From NCBI GenBank assembly GCA_946414655.1, contig CAMKPL010000002.1, positions 133,765 to 197,764 on the forward strand: a stretch of 64,000 nt of DNA. Reading direction: 5' to 3'. The DNA is from an uncultured Bacillales bacterium. Lineage in GTDB: Bacteria; Bacillota_I; Bacilli_A; RFN20; CAG-826. A program made the translations under genes and the position numbers. The number at the start of each line of letters is the position of its first letter. Within the stretch, counting starts at the first letter, position 1. Of this stretch, positions 36,811 through 47,576 are shown in pieces. Under the pieces are notes generated by a model that had not been told where the DNA came from, searched no databases, and saw nothing but the letters and a program-made list of their open reading frames with translations.

Positions 36811-38530
36811 AACTTGTTATAATACAGATCTTTCTTTGAAAGATGAAGGTCGTGAAGTTAGCCTAGTTGGCTGGGTGAGTAAAAAGAGAAATCTTGGCGC
36901 TCTCCAATTTATCGATCTTAGAGATCGTAGCGGAATCATCCAAATTACTGTCCAAGAAGGCGTCAGTGTCCCAGATGTCCGTAATGAATACGTGATCCGC
37001 GTTGAAGGAACAGTCCACAAAAAGGATGTTCCAAACAAAGCCTTAAAAACTGGTGAAATCGAAGTTTTGGCAAAGAAAATCGAAGTCTTTAGTAAAGCTA
37101 ATCCAACTCCTCTAATCATTGCTGATGATACAGATGCCTTGGAAGATGTGCGATTAAAATATCGTTATCTTGATCTTCGTCGACCAGTGATGAGACATAA
37201 TCTCGAAAAAAGAGCCCAAATCGTGAAAGCCGCTCACCAATATTTTGATGAGAACGGTTTTATCGAAGTTGAAACTCCGTGTTTAACTCTTTCGACACCT
37301 GAAGGCGCTCGCGATTATATCGTGCCATCTCGTGTGAGTCACGGTTGTTTCTATGCTCTTCCTCAATCACCTCAATTGTTTAAACAATTGCTGATGATTG
37401 GTGGTTTTGAACGTTACTATCAAATCGCCCGTTGCTTCCGTGATGAAGATTTAAGACAAGATCGACAACCTGAATTTACTCAGATTGACTTAGAAATGTC
37501 TTTCCTTGACCAAGACGAAATCTTAACTATTATGGAAGGCTTCTTGAAGAAGGTATTTAAGGAAACTGTTAATTTTGATCTAAAGCTTCCACTTCGTCGT
37601 CTTCCATATAAGGAAGCAGTTGATGTTTATGGTAGCGATAAACCAGATACTCGATTTGAAATGCATCTTATTGAAGTAACAGATGTCTTAAAGAAAACTG
37701 AATTTAGTGGTTATCAATCCGCTGAATCTATTAAAGCTCTTGTTGTTCCAGGAGTTGCTCCAGTAACTTCAAGAAAAGTGATTGATAATTTAACACTTGA
37801 AGCGAAAAAGTTTGGGTTTGGTGGAATTGGTGTTTACAAAGTAAACAACGGCACAGTTGAATCCTCTTTAGCAAAGTTTATGAATGAAGAACAAATGAAA
37901 GAATTTGTTGCTTTAACAAAAGCGAAAGATGGAGATCTTATTCTTGTGCTTGCTGGGAAGCATGACCCGGTGTGCTTTGCGCTTGGTGCATTACGCTCTA
38001 AATACGCTCACGAGCTCGGTTATGTGAAGCCAAACACTTATGATTTGCTCTGGGTGGTGGATTTCCCACTTTTCGAGAAAGATATTCATGATGGTTCATA
38101 TAAACCATTACACCATCCATTCACACGTCCAACACCTGAAACTGCCCAATATTTAGACAGTGACCCAAGTAAGGTTTTGTCAGCCGCTTATGACATAGTC
38201 ATAAATGGTTATGAAGCAGGCGGTGGATCTCTTCGAATTTATGACCAAGATATGCAAAAGAAAATCTTCAACATTCTTGGTTTTACCAATGAAGATATTG
38301 CCAGAAAATTTGGTTATTTTGTGAAGGCGTTTCAATATGGAACTCCTCCACATGGTGGAATTGCCTTTGGATTAGAACGTTTATCAATGATTATTTGTGG
38401 AACCGATAACATTCGCGATGTAATCGCCTTCCCAAAGAACCTCAAAGCAACATGCCCAATGAGTAATGCACCAGAGCCAGTTGATGAAGCTCAATTAAAA
38501 GATGTCGGTATCAAAATTGCCGAAGAATAA
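36803..38530 (+). CDS. aspS: Aspartate--tRNA ligase
   Basis: N-terminal OB fold. Motif 2 'FRDEDLRQDRQPEFTQIDLEMSF'. Motif 3 'GGIAFGLERL'. GAD insertion domain. 575 aa. Confidence 0.9.
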   Translation: MNRTCYNTDLSLKDEGREVSLVGWVSKKRNLGALQFIDLRDRSGIIQITVQEGVSVPDVRNEYVIRVEGTVHKKDVPNKALKTGEIEVLAKKIEVFSKANPTPLIIADDTDALEDVRLKYRYLDLRRPVMRHNLEKRAQIVKAAHQYFDENGFIEVETPCLTLSTPEGARDYIVPSRVSHGCFYALPQSPQLFKQLLMIGGFERYYQIARCFRDEDLRQDRQPEFTQIDLEMSFLDQDEILTIMEGFLKKVFKETVNFDLKLPLRRLPYKEAVDVYGSDKPDTRFEMHLIEVTDVLKKTEFSGYQSAESIKALVVPGVAPVTSRKVIDNLTLEAKKFGFGGIGVYKVNNGTVESSLAKFMNEEQMKEFVALTKAKDGDLILVLAGKHDPVCFALGALRSKYAHELGYVKPNTYDLLWVVDFPLFEKDIHDGSYKPLHHPFTRPTPETAQYLDSDPSKVLSAAYDIVINGYEAGGGSLRIYDQDMQKKIFNILGFTNEDIARKFGYFVKAFQYGTPPHGGIAFGLERLSMIICGTDNIRDVIAFPKNLKATCPMSNAPEPVDEAQLKDVGIKIAEE

Positions 38531-38553
38531 TTTATTAATTAAGGAGAAAAAAG

Positions 38554-40509
38554 ATGAATCAAAAAGAACTCTCAGTTGCCGCAATCAGATCCATGTGTAT
38601 CGATGTGGTGAACAAAGCCAAATCTGGTCACCCAGGAATGGCCTTAGGCAGTGCCCCAATCCTTTATACTCTTTGGACACGCCACCTCGTTGCTGATCCA
38701 AAAGATCCAACATGGTTTAACCGTGATCGTTTTGTCTTAAGTGCCGGACACGCTAGTTCCCTTCTTTACACAATGCTTCATGTGTCTGGATACAACGTAT
38801 CCATGGATGACTTAAAAGCCTTCCGCCAACTCGGAAGCTTAACTCCAGGACATCCAGAATTTAAGCACACATGTGGTGTGGATGCGACCAGCGGACCTTT
38901 AGGTCAAGGTATTGCTCAAGCCGTCGGTATGGCCATGGCGGAACGCGCTGTTAGTCACCAATATCCACAAGGCAAAGTGCTTTGCGATCATTACACATAT
39001 GTCTTATGTGGTGACGGATGTCTCCAAGAAGGACTTTCACAAGAAGCGATTTCTCTTGCTGGACATCATAAGTTAAATAAACTTATTCTCATTTATGACA
39101 GCAACGCTGTCACACTTGATGGAGGACTTGATTTATCCTTCTCCGAAAATGTTAAAAACCGTTTCAAAGCTTCCGAATGGAATGTTTTAGAAGTGATGGA
39201 TGGAAATGATGTGGAAGCAATTGATCAAGCAATAGCAAAAGCAAAAACTTCCAAATCAAAGCCAACATTAATCATTGTTCATACCGTGATTGGTTATGGT
39301 AGTGAAAAACAAGGAACCTCAAAAGTTCATGGTAACCCACTTGGTGAAGAAGATGGTGCGAAAGCAAAAGCTTTCTACGGATTTAATTATCCAACATTCA
39401 CTATTCCTCAAGAAGTTTACGATGAATTTAAAAATTCATTTGCTAAACGTGGTATTGCTTCACACAAGGAGTATGACGCGAAAGTGTCAGCTTGGAAAGC
39501 TGCTCACCCAGGCGCCACCAAGAAATTTGAGCGTGCAGTAAGTGGTGATGTTTCTAGCTATTTCAAGAAAACTCCAAAATTTGTCGAAAATACTGATTCA
39601 ACCCGTGTTAGTTCTGGAAAAGCTCTTAATGAGCTTTACAACAAGATTCCATTTTTAATGGGTGGATCTGCCGATGTTGCTGGTTCGGTCATGACTCATA
39701 TTAATGGCGGTGTTGACTTCACACCAAGAACTCCAAAGGGTCGTAATGTAAACTGGGGTATCCGTGAATTTGAAATGGCGAGCGCCCAAAACGGGATGCT
39801 TTTACACGGAGGTCTAAAGACCTATGTTGGATGTTTCTTAGTCTTCTCTGATTACATGAAGTCTGCTATCCGTATGGCTGCTCTTTCTAAATTACCAGCC
39901 ATTTATCTTTTCTCCCATGATACAATCGCTGTTGGCGAAGATGGACCAACCCATCAACCAATTGAACACTTAGCTATGCTAAGAAGTATTCCAAATATGA
40001 ACGTTATTCGTCCATGTGATGTGAACGAAACATACGCGGCATGGGAAATTGCTCTTCGTTCAACCGAAACACCAACTGCATTAATTCTTTCTCGTCAAGG
40101 TCTACCTTTATTAGGTAGCAAGTATCATGAAGTCGCTAAAGGTGCTTATGTGATTGATAAAGAAGCAAAACATGTTGATGCAACTATTGTTGCAACAGGT
40201 AGTGAAGTTGCTTTAGCAGTTGAAGCCAAGAAGCTTCTTCAAGAACAAGGCGTTGATGTCCGTGTTGTCTCCATGCCATCCTGGTTTGATTTTGAAAAAC
40301 AACCAGACGAATACAAGAAAGCTGTCTTTGGAGTTAGTAAAGACAAAGTCTTTGCTGTCGAAATGCTTTCTAGCTTTGGTTGGTACAAATACGCTGATCA
40401 TGTTATGAGCGTCGATACATTCGGAACTAGCGCTCCAGCCAAAGAAGCAATCAAAGCCTATGGCTTTACGGCTGAAAAAGTTGCTGAATTTGTAAAAAGA
40501 GGACTTTAA
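38554..40509 (+). CDS. tkt: Transketolase
   Basis: ThDP-binding 'GDGCLQEG' and 'GEDGPTHQPIE'. 651 aa. Only 23 bp separate it from aspS, so it is co-transcribed. Confidence 0.9.
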   Translation: MNQKELSVAAIRSMCIDVVNKAKSGHPGMALGSAPILYTLWTRHLVADPKDPTWFNRDRFVLSAGHASSLLYTMLHVSGYNVSMDDLKAFRQLGSLTPGHPEFKHTCGVDATSGPLGQGIAQAVGMAMAERAVSHQYPQGKVLCDHYTYVLCGDGCLQEGLSQEAISLAGHHKLNKLILIYDSNAVTLDGGLDLSFSENVKNRFKASEWNVLEVMDGNDVEAIDQAIAKAKTSKSKPTLIIVHTVIGYGSEKQGTSKVHGNPLGEEDGAKAKAFYGFNYPTFTIPQEVYDEFKNSFAKRGIASHKEYDAKVSAWKAAHPGATKKFERAVSGDVSSYFKKTPKFVENTDSTRVSSGKALNELYNKIPFLMGGSADVAGSVMTHINGGVDFTPRTPKGRNVNWGIREFEMASAQNGMLLHGGLKTYVGCFLVFSDYMKSAIRMAALSKLPAIYLFSHDTIAVGEDGPTHQPIEHLAMLRSIPNMNVIRPCDVNETYAAWEIALRSTETPTALILSRQGLPLLGSKYHEVAKGAYVIDKEAKHVDATIVATGSEVALAVEAKKLLQEQGVDVRVVSMPSWFDFEKQPDEYKKAVFGVSKDKVFAVEMLSSFGWYKYADHVMSVDTFGTSAPAKEAIKAYGFTAEKVAEFVKRGL

Positions 40510-40513
40510 TCTG

Positions 40514-40921
40514 ATGCCTTCCTTTTCTCGCAATAAAGAACATGAACTTGTGATGATATGCATTTATGATGCATTAACACACATCTCTTTGGGAGATGAG
40601 TTTTCAGTTGAAGAGACAATGGAGTCCATTTTTGAAGAACCTTTTGAAAATATTTCTCTCTTTGCTAAGCAAATTGTGGTGAAATCTCTAAAAAACATTG
40701 ACGAAATTGAGTCAGTTTACCAAGCGAAAATGCCAAAATGGAAATTCTCACGCTTAAACCGACTTGAACAAGCAATTCTTTTAATGAGCTACACCCAAGC
40801 TGAGATTGAGGGAAAAGACTCTAAAAGAGTCATTATTGATGTAGCAGTGCGATTATCAAAGAAATACCTTGATGAATCGGACTATAAATTCGTAAACGCG
40901 ATCTTGGATAATGTGCTGTGA
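40514..40921 (+). CDS. nusB: Transcription antitermination factor NusB
   Basis: 135 aa, all alpha-helical. 'NRLEQAILLMSYT' motif. Confidence 0.8.
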   Translation: MPSFSRNKEHELVMICIYDALTHISLGDEFSVEETMESIFEEPFENISLFAKQIVVKSLKNIDEIESVYQAKMPKWKFSRLNRLEQAILLMSYTQAEIEGKDSKRVIIDVAVRLSKKYLDESDYKFVNAILDNVL

Positions 40922-42117
40922 ATCTAACTTTATATTCTGTCACTAGTCTTAACCGTTATATCAAACAGAAGTTTGATTCGGACACTTCTCTTAGAGGGAT
41001 TAAACTTAAGGGAGAAGTTTCTAATTTTAAACCCTATAGTAACGGCCACATCTACTTTACCCTCAAGGATGAAAACTCCTCTATAAGGGCAGTAATGTTT
41101 GGTGAATATACAAAGTATATCCAAGGACCAATTAAAGACGGTGATGAAATTATTGCGGTTGGGTATGTGTCGACTTACCCAGCACGTGGCGAGTACCAGT
41201 TCTACGCCCAAGCGATTGAACTTGCCGGGGCCGGACAGCAACTCCTTGAACTAGAGATGCTTAAAAAGAAACTCGCTGCCGAAGGATTATTTGACCAGTC
41301 ACGCAAGCGTGAAATCAAACAATTCCCACGAGCGATTGGTGTCATCTGTGCACCAAATAGCGCAGCTCTAAGCGATATTGAAAAGAATATTCGTCTAAGA
41401 AACCCGTTTGTAGAGCTTAAAATCTTCCCATCCCTTGTCCAAGGTAGTGAAGCGCCAAAAGAGCTCTTAAAAGCCCTTAAAAAGGCCGAAATATCAAGTA
41501 TTGATACGTTGATCATCGGTCGAGGTGGCGGTGCTAGTGAAGATTTATCAGCCTTTAATGATGAGGCACTTGTACGCGCAGCAGCTGCATTCCCAGTTCC
41601 AGTTATTGCAGCAGTCGGTCATGAAATTGACTTCACACTCATTGACTATGTTGCTGATGCTAGAGCATCAACACCAACTGGAGCAGCAGTCTTATCAACT
41701 ATTGATATGCGTGAGGTGATGCAACGTGTCGATGTCGATTCTGCTAGGCTAGATGAAGCAATGAAGAATCGAATGACGTTGTTACGTCATAAGATTGATT
41801 CGTTAAAGAATCGCCCATTCTTCATTAATCCACGTTCAATGTATGAAACAACTTTAGTTGAAGTGGATAATTCCAAGAAACGTCTCGAACAAGCGATGCT
41901 CTACCAGATTAAGTCTCGCCAAGAAAGAGTCGAGATGATGAGCAAGCAACTTCAATCACTATCTATTGATAGTGTTCTAACCAGAGGATTTGCAATCATG
42001 CAAACACCAGATGGAAAAGTTGTGACGAGCGTTGAGCAAGTTAGTATCGACCAAGAACTAAAAACAAAATTAAAAGATGGTTGTATAACAACCAAAGTGA
42101 TTAAGAAGGAGAAATAA
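40918..42117 (+). CDS. xseA: Exodeoxyribonuclease VII large subunit (GTG start overlapping the nusB stop)
   Basis: N-terminal OB fold 'GEVSNFKPYSNGHIYFTLKD'. Catalytic domain 'IGRGGGASEDL'. Confidence 0.85.
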   Translation: MNLTLYSVTSLNRYIKQKFDSDTSLRGIKLKGEVSNFKPYSNGHIYFTLKDENSSIRAVMFGEYTKYIQGPIKDGDEIIAVGYVSTYPARGEYQFYAQAIELAGAGQQLLELEMLKKKLAAEGLFDQSRKREIKQFPRAIGVICAPNSAALSDIEKNIRLRNPFVELKIFPSLVQGSEAPKELLKALKKAEISSIDTLIIGRGGGASEDLSAFNDEALVRAAAAFPVPVIAAVGHEIDFTLIDYVADARASTPTGAAVLSTIDMREVMQRVDVDSARLDEAMKNRMTLLRHKIDSLKNRPFFINPRSMYETTLVEVDNSKKRLEQAMLYQIKSRQERVEMMSKQLQSLSIDSVLTRGFAIMQTPDGKVVTSVEQVSIDQELKTKLKDGCITTKVIKKEK

Positions 42118-42119
42118 AA

Positions 42120-42308
42120 ATGGCAACTGAACAAATTAATTTCGAAAAATCACTCGAACGTCTGCAAGAGATTGTCGACAAGATTGAAAAGGAAACCCTT
42201 CCTTTGGAAGAATCTATCAAACTCTATGAAGAAGGAAAGAAGGTTATTTCGACCTTAGAGAAGGCCTTAAAGGAAGCTGAAGCAAAAATCGGAGAACTAC
42301 AAAAATAA
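42120..42308 (+). CDS. xseB: Exodeoxyribonuclease VII small subunit
   Basis: 62 aa. 'FEKSLERLQEIVDKIE...LEESIKLYEEG' is the canonical XseB coiled coil. Confidence 0.8.
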   Translation: MATEQINFEKSLERLQEIVDKIEKETLPLEESIKLYEEGKKVISTLEKALKEAEAKIGELQK

Positions 42309-42329
42309 CTTAAAAGTTAGAAATTTAAA

Positions 42330-42358
42330 ATAGTAGTTATTTAGTAGATTATTAGTAA
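42330..42358 (+). repeat. Site a of the 11-bp-periodic TTAGTAG heptamer direct-repeat motif (ATAGTAGttatTTAGTAGattaTTAGTAAatg), ending at the dxs ATG.
   Basis: Heptamers at 42330, 42341 and 42352 with 11-bp spacing. Related sites at about 49852 and about 58622. Confidence 0.55.
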
Positions 42359-44221
42359 ATGTCTAGAAAGAAAGTTAACAATGTTAAACACGTTAATTTA
42401 AACGAAATCAAAGATCCATCATTTTTGAAGAATCTTTCGTATGCTGAGCTCAACGTTCTTGCTGACGATATTCGTAAAGAAATTATCCGCTGTACTGCCA
42501 AGAATGGTGGACACCTTTCTAGTAATCTCGGAGTAGTGGAATTAACCATTGCTATCGAACATTTCTTTGATTTATCAAAGGACAAACTAATTTTCGATGT
42601 TGGTCACCAATGTTACACACACAAAATCTTAACTGGACGTCCTCTTGAAACATTAAGACAAACAAACGGTATTTCTGGTTTCCAGAAAATCGATGAATCA
42701 ACCTATGACTGTTTTGATGCTGGACATTCTTCAACATCAATTTCCGTAGCAAATGGCTTTGCCATTGCTCGTGATTTAAAAGGTGAAAACTATAATGTCA
42801 TCGCTCTAATTGGCGATGGATCTATTCCTTCTGGATTAGCTTTTGAAGGACTCAATAACATTGCTAGTGGAAAAAATAAAGTTGTTATCATTTTAAATGA
42901 TAATGGTATGTCTATTTCTAAACCTGTTGGTGCTTTATCAAAGTCATTTGGCCGAATTTCAACTGCAGCAGGTTATAACCGTATTAAATACGGATATCGC
43001 CGAGCAATGTTTAAAACCAAAGTCGGTAAGAAGATTTATAATCTTACTTTAAGAATTAAGAACTGGTTTAAACGCCATCTTACTTCCCCAAATATTTTTA
43101 CCGATCTTGGTTTTGCCTATATTGGTCCGGTTGATGGACACGACATTCGAAAGCTTGAAAAAGCATTTAAACGAATTGGAAACACTGAAAAATCAGTGGT
43201 CGTTCATGTATGTACTACCAAAGGTAAAGGCTACGAATTAGCTGAAAACGACAACACCGGATCATGGCATGGAGTTGCCCCATTCAAGATTCAAGATGGT
43301 GTACCTTTAAAATCATCAAATCACGTTAGTTGGTCGAAAGTCTTTGCTGACCTATCTCTTGAAGAGATGAAGAAACATCAAGATGCATTTTTAATCTCTC
43401 CAGCGACAACTGTGGGCGCAGAAATGGAAGAGGTTTTAAAACAATTCCCGGAGAGAAGTCTTGATGTCGGCATTGCCGAAGAACATGCCGCAACACTTTC
43501 TGGAGCACTTTCTCGCGGTGGTTATCACCCCATTATTTCGATTTATTCAACATTCATGCAGCGTGCTTACGATGAAATATCGCATGACATGTCACGTACT
43601 AAAGCGAATGCGACACTACTGATCGACCGTGCCGGACTAGTTGGACGTGATGGTGAAACTCATCAAGGCATCTATGATGCAGCGTTTTTATCAACAATTC
43701 CAGGTGTTGTTATTACAATGCCTTCGACACGTAAAGAAGCCGAATACCTATATAGCGAATCATTCAACAATCACGGTGTATTTGCGATGCGTTATCCACG
43801 TGCCACATGCATTGAGGAAGGAAAAGAAGAACAACTTTCCTTTGGAAAATGGATTAAAGTACGCGAATCTAAATCAAAGAAAGTTGCGGTGATCTCTGTT
43901 GGACATCTCACTCATGAGTTGAATCAACTGGTTGAGGAAAAGCGTCTAGATTGCACAATTTATAACGCTATTTTCATTAATCCAGTTGATGAGGATGCTT
44001 TGAAGAGCCTCCTCTCATATGATAAAATCGTCATTTACGATGCGTATAGCACCCAAGGAGGCCTTGTTTCGCTCGTGACGCTTAAATTATCGCAACTAAA
44101 ATTTAAAGGGCTTATTTCGGCTCGTTGTGTACCAAACGTTTTTGTCAAGCAAGCAACAATCACGGAACAACTCGAATCTTTTGGATTGCTTCCAAGACAA
44201 ATTTTAGAAGAACTTAAATAA
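42359..44221 (+). CDS. dxs: 1-deoxy-D-xylulose-5-phosphate synthase
   Basis: 'DPSFLKNLSYAELNVLADDIR' N-terminus. ThDP motif 'GDGSIPSGLAFEGLNN'. Transketolase-like domains. No Shine-Dalgarno; the start abuts the repeat motif. Confidence 0.85.
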   Translation: MSRKKVNNVKHVNLNEIKDPSFLKNLSYAELNVLADDIRKEIIRCTAKNGGHLSSNLGVVELTIAIEHFFDLSKDKLIFDVGHQCYTHKILTGRPLETLRQTNGISGFQKIDESTYDCFDAGHSSTSISVANGFAIARDLKGENYNVIALIGDGSIPSGLAFEGLNNIASGKNKVVIILNDNGMSISKPVGALSKSFGRISTAAGYNRIKYGYRRAMFKTKVGKKIYNLTLRIKNWFKRHLTSPNIFTDLGFAYIGPVDGHDIRKLEKAFKRIGNTEKSVVVHVCTTKGKGYELAENDNTGSWHGVAPFKIQDGVPLKSSNHVSWSKVFADLSLEEMKKHQDAFLISPATTVGAEMEEVLKQFPERSLDVGIAEEHAATLSGALSRGGYHPIISIYSTFMQRAYDEISHDMSRTKANATLLIDRAGLVGRDGETHQGIYDAAFLSTIPGVVITMPSTRKEAEYLYSESFNNHGVFAMRYPRATCIEEGKEEQLSFGKWIKVRESKSKKVAVISVGHLTHELNQLVEEKRLDCTIYNAIFINPVDEDALKSLLSYDKIVIYDAYSTQGGLVSLVTLKLSQLKFKGLISARCVPNVFVKQATITEQLESFGLLPRQILEELK

Positions 44222-44225
44222 AAAG

Positions 44226-44268
44226 TCATTCGTGTTATGGTTAACATAATATTGAATGATTTTTTTAT
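44226..44268 (+). terminator. Terminator-like hairpin after dxs
   Basis: TCATTC...GAATGA outer stem followed by TTTTTTT. Confidence 0.45.
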
Positions 44269-44286
44269 GCTCTATAGAATAGAAGT

Positions 44287-45480
44287 ATGAGTAAAATCAT
44301 TTTGCATATTGATCTCAACACCTTCTTTGTTCGTTGCGAAGAACTTGTTAATCCATCCTTAGAAGGCCAGCCAGTTATTATTGGTCATAGCGGTCGTGGC
44401 GGAATTGTTTCAACATGTTCATATGAAGCAAGAAAATACGGTGTGCATAGTGGTCAGCCAACATTTAAAGCTCTCGAACTTTGTCCAAATGCGATTGTTA
44501 TTCATGGACATTACGAACTTTATAGTCGTAAATCAAAAGAGTTCTTTAACTATGTTAAGCAGTACTCTAAAATCATCGAAAAAGCCTCCATTGATGAATG
44601 TTATGTCGATATGACAAAGCAGCTTTCAAATGTGAAAGATGTTGTGGCGTATCTAAAAGAATTCCAAAATAAATTACTTCAAACAGTTGGACTTAAATGT
44701 TCAATTGGCGTTGCTCCAACCAAATTCCTTGCCAAAATGGCAAGCGATATGAAGAAACCAATGGGAATCACCATTATTCGCCGTCGAGATGTTCGTAAAA
44801 TGCTTGATCCACTTCCGATTTCTTCCTTCTATGGAATCGGTAAAAAGACTGCTCCGAGATTAGAAGCAATGGGCGTTAAGACAATTGGTGATTTAGCAAA
44901 GCTAATTAATTCTGATGAACCATCAGTTAAGCAAGCATTCGGCAAATTTTACTATGTCATTAAGGATTGGATTAACGGATATGGTAGCGATGAAGTTGAT
45001 GTCGAACCATGGGATCCAAAATCCATTGGCCACTCGACAACATTTGTCAGCGATTCAACAGATTTTGATGAAATCCGAGGTTATTTAAAAGATCTTGCTA
45101 AAGAAGTATCCGATGAAGCCAAAGAAAAAGGCAAAATCGGATTTAATGTTCAACTTGTCTTAAAGACAAACGAATTCAAAACAATTAATCGTTCAGTCAA
45201 ATTGCCTAAACCAACAAACGATTTTGAAACAATTTATAATGAGGCTTCGATTCTTTTAGAAAAGAACCTTAATGGTCAAGAAATTCGTCTATGTGGTGTA
45301 ACGCTACAAAATCTGATTTATGCTTCTGATTATGTTGAACAGTTATCAATTTTTGATAATTATGAAGACGACGAGAAGAATGCGACAAGAGATTTAATTC
45401 GTGAACTGAACCGGAAGATGAAGGGAGCCAAGTTTATGCGAGCCTCGGACATCCTTAAGGAGAAGAGAAATGGACATTAA
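44287..45480 (+). CDS. dinB: DNA polymerase IV (Y-family)
   Basis: 'ILHIDLNTFFVRCEE', catalytic 'SIDECYVDMT', little-finger domain. Confidence 0.85.
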   Translation: MSKIILHIDLNTFFVRCEELVNPSLEGQPVIIGHSGRGGIVSTCSYEARKYGVHSGQPTFKALELCPNAIVIHGHYELYSRKSKEFFNYVKQYSKIIEKASIDECYVDMTKQLSNVKDVVAYLKEFQNKLLQTVGLKCSIGVAPTKFLAKMASDMKKPMGITIIRRRDVRKMLDPLPISSFYGIGKKTAPRLEAMGVKTIGDLAKLINSDEPSVKQAFGKFYYVIKDWINGYGSDEVDVEPWDPKSIGHSTTFVSDSTDFDEIRGYLKDLAKEVSDEAKEKGKIGFNVQLVLKTNEFKTINRSVKLPKPTNDFETIYNEASILLEKNLNGQEIRLCGVTLQNLIYASDYVEQLSIFDNYEDDEKNATRDLIRELNRKMKGAKFMRASDILKEKRNGH

Positions 45481-46348
45481 TCGCGCTAAAGAACTCTTCT
45501 TCCAACATCTTCGCGTTGAAAAAGGTCTCTCTGAAGATACTGTTCTTTCCTATGCTTACGATATTAACGAATTCTTTAAAGAATTCAAATATAAAGATAC
45601 TGAAGATATCCTTCCAACAGATATTGGCGATTTTATACGCATTCAAAGTAAAAACAAGATGGCCACAGCAACGATTGCTCGTCGTCTATCTTCTTTAAAA
45701 AACTTCTACATTTTCCTAGAAAAAGAAGATTTTATTCATCTTCCAATGAGGGATGTCGAAACACCAAAAGGAGTGAAGCATTTGCCATCAGTACTTAGTA
45801 TTGAACAAGTTGAGCAACTTCTTGATGCCCCTGATTTAAACAAGGACGAAGGAGTTCGCGATCGAGCAATGCTTGAGCTAATGTATGCATCGGGACTCCG
45901 TGTTAGTGAACTGCTTTCATTAAAAATGAAAAACATTTCTTTCGAGAGAAATATTGTCACGGTAATTGGTAAAGGAAATAAACAAAGAAAAGTTCCTTTT
46001 GGAGATTTTGCAAAGGATTATCTTGTTCAATATATTGACCATGCTCGAAAAAAGAATCCTGGTTCAAGAACTGACTATGTTTTCTTAAATCGATATGGAA
46101 AACCATTATCTAGACAATACTTCTTTTTACAAGTAAAAAAGTATGCCGAACAAGTCGGAATAAAAGAAGATATTTCACCTCATACATTACGGCATTGTTT
46201 TGCAACCCACCTTCTTGAATCCAGTGCGGATATCCGAACTGTTCAAGAAATGCTTGGACATAGCAATATTGCTACAACCCAGATTTATTTAAATATCTCT
46301 ACGCGACGTATCCTTGAAGCGTATGATTTGTATAGCAAACGAAAATAG
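45470..46348 (+). CDS. xerD: Tyrosine recombinase XerD (XerC/D family)
   Basis: Catalytic R..HxxR..Y: '[36 protein letters not shown]'. A xerD-deoB adjacency is also found in B. subtilis. Overlaps dinB by 11 nt. Confidence 0.75.
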   Translation: MDINRAKELFFQHLRVEKGLSEDTVLSYAYDINEFFKEFKYKDTEDILPTDIGDFIRIQSKNKMATATIARRLSSLKNFYIFLEKEDFIHLPMRDVETPKGVKHLPSVLSIEQVEQLLDAPDLNKDEGVRDRAMLELMYASGLRVSELLSLKMKNISFERNIVTVIGKGNKQRKVPFGDFAKDYLVQYIDHARKKNPGSRTDYVFLNRYGKPLSRQYFFLQVKKYAEQVGIKEDISPHTLRHCFATHLLESSADIRTVQEMLGHSNIATTQIYLNISTRRILEAYDLYSKRK

Positions 46349-47576
46349 TTTAGAATATGGACGATTTAGGAGTGAAATTATGAAAAAATTTAAAAGAATC
46401 TTCGTCATTGTAACAGACTCAGCCGGTATTGGTGAAATGCCAGATGCTGAAAAATTTGGTGATAAAGGCACTAACACCTGGGTTCATACCGCGGAAAAGT
46501 GCGGTGGACTGCATGTTCCAAATATGAATGCATTAGGCATTGGTGATCTTGCTCCAGTGAAAGGTACTAGTAAAGTTAGTCATCCACATGCATATAGCAT
46601 GAGATTAAGAGAAGCCAGTAATGGAAAAGACACCATGACTGGTCACTGGGAAATGATGGGTATTTATACAACAAAACCATTTATTACCTTTACAGACACT
46701 GGATTCCCAAAATCGTTAATGGATGAATTAGCTGAAAAAACTGGTCATAAGTTAATTGGTAATAAAGCCGCATCTGGAACCGAAATTCTTAAAGAATTAG
46801 GTGAACAGCAGATGAGAGAAAACTCCTTAATTGTTTATACTTCCGCCGACTCTGTTTTACAGATTGCCGCTCACGAGGAAGTAACTGGTGTTCCTGAACT
46901 TTATCGTTGTTGCGAAATCGCTCGTGAAATCTGCTTACGTCCAGAATATTATGTTGGCCGCGTTATCGCTCGTCCGTTTGTTGGCACAGATGCATCCAAC
47001 TTCAAACGTACACCAAATCGACACGACTTAGCCGTCTCTCCAAGTGGTACTACTGCTATGGACATTCTTAAAGAGAATGGTTATATGGTTTCATGTATTG
47101 GTAAGATTGGTGATATCTTCAATCAATGTGGGGTTGTTAAAACCCAAAAAACTGTCTCCAATAAAGACGGAATGGAAAAGACGATTGATGAATGTAAGCA
47201 CCACGATTTCGAAGGTTTATGTTACATCAACTTAGTTGAATTCGACTCGGAATACGGACATCGTCGTAACCCACTTGGATACGGAAAAGCTCTTGAAGAA
47301 TTTGATGTTCAACTTGGTGAATTAATGGAAGCTTCTAAAGAAGATGACCTGATTATGGTGACTGCTGACCACGGAAATGACCCAACTCATACCGGGACAG
47401 ACCACACCAGAGAAAAAGTTCCTCTAATTTGCTATAGCAAGTCCTTCAAACATGGTAAATACCTTGAAGAACGTGAATGCTTTGCTGACATTGGTGAAAC
47501 TATCCTTCAAAACTTTGGACTTAAGAAAGCCGATACAATGATTGGTAAACCAATCAAAGAGCTTCTTGAAGACTAA
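46314..47576 (+). CDS. deoB: Phosphopentomutase. Probable true start is the ATG at about 46380 with RBS TAGGAGTG.
   Basis: '[14 protein letters not shown]' metal-binding N-terminus, '[18 protein letters not shown]'. The track ORF start (TTG) lies inside xerD. Confidence 0.85.
   Translation: MKRMICIANENSLEYGRFRSEIMKKFKRIFVIVTDSAGIGEMPDAEKFGDKGTNTWVHTAEKCGGLHVPNMNALGIGDLAPVKGTSKVSHPHAYSMRLREASNGKDTMTGHWEMMGIYTTKPFITFTDTGFPKSLMDELAEKTGHKLIGNKAASGTEILKELGEQQMRENSLIVYTSADSVLQIAAHEEVTGVPELYRCCEIAREICLRPEYYVGRVIARPFVGTDASNFKRTPNRHDLAVSPSGTTAMDILKENGYMVSCIGKIGDIFNQCGVVKTQKTVSNKDGMEKTIDECKHHDFEGLCYINLVEFDSEYGHRRNPLGYGKALEEFDVQLGELMEASKEDDLIMVTADHGNDPTHTGTDHTREKVPLICYSKSFKHGKYLEERECFADIGETILQNFGLKKADTMIGKPIKELLED

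Noticed and set aside
42309-42358. TPP riboswitch upstream of dxs or the THI5-like SBP.
   Set aside because: No CUGAGA / ACCUGAUCUGGAUAAUGCCAGCG-type TPP core is present. The intergenic regions are too short (50 and about 33 bp).
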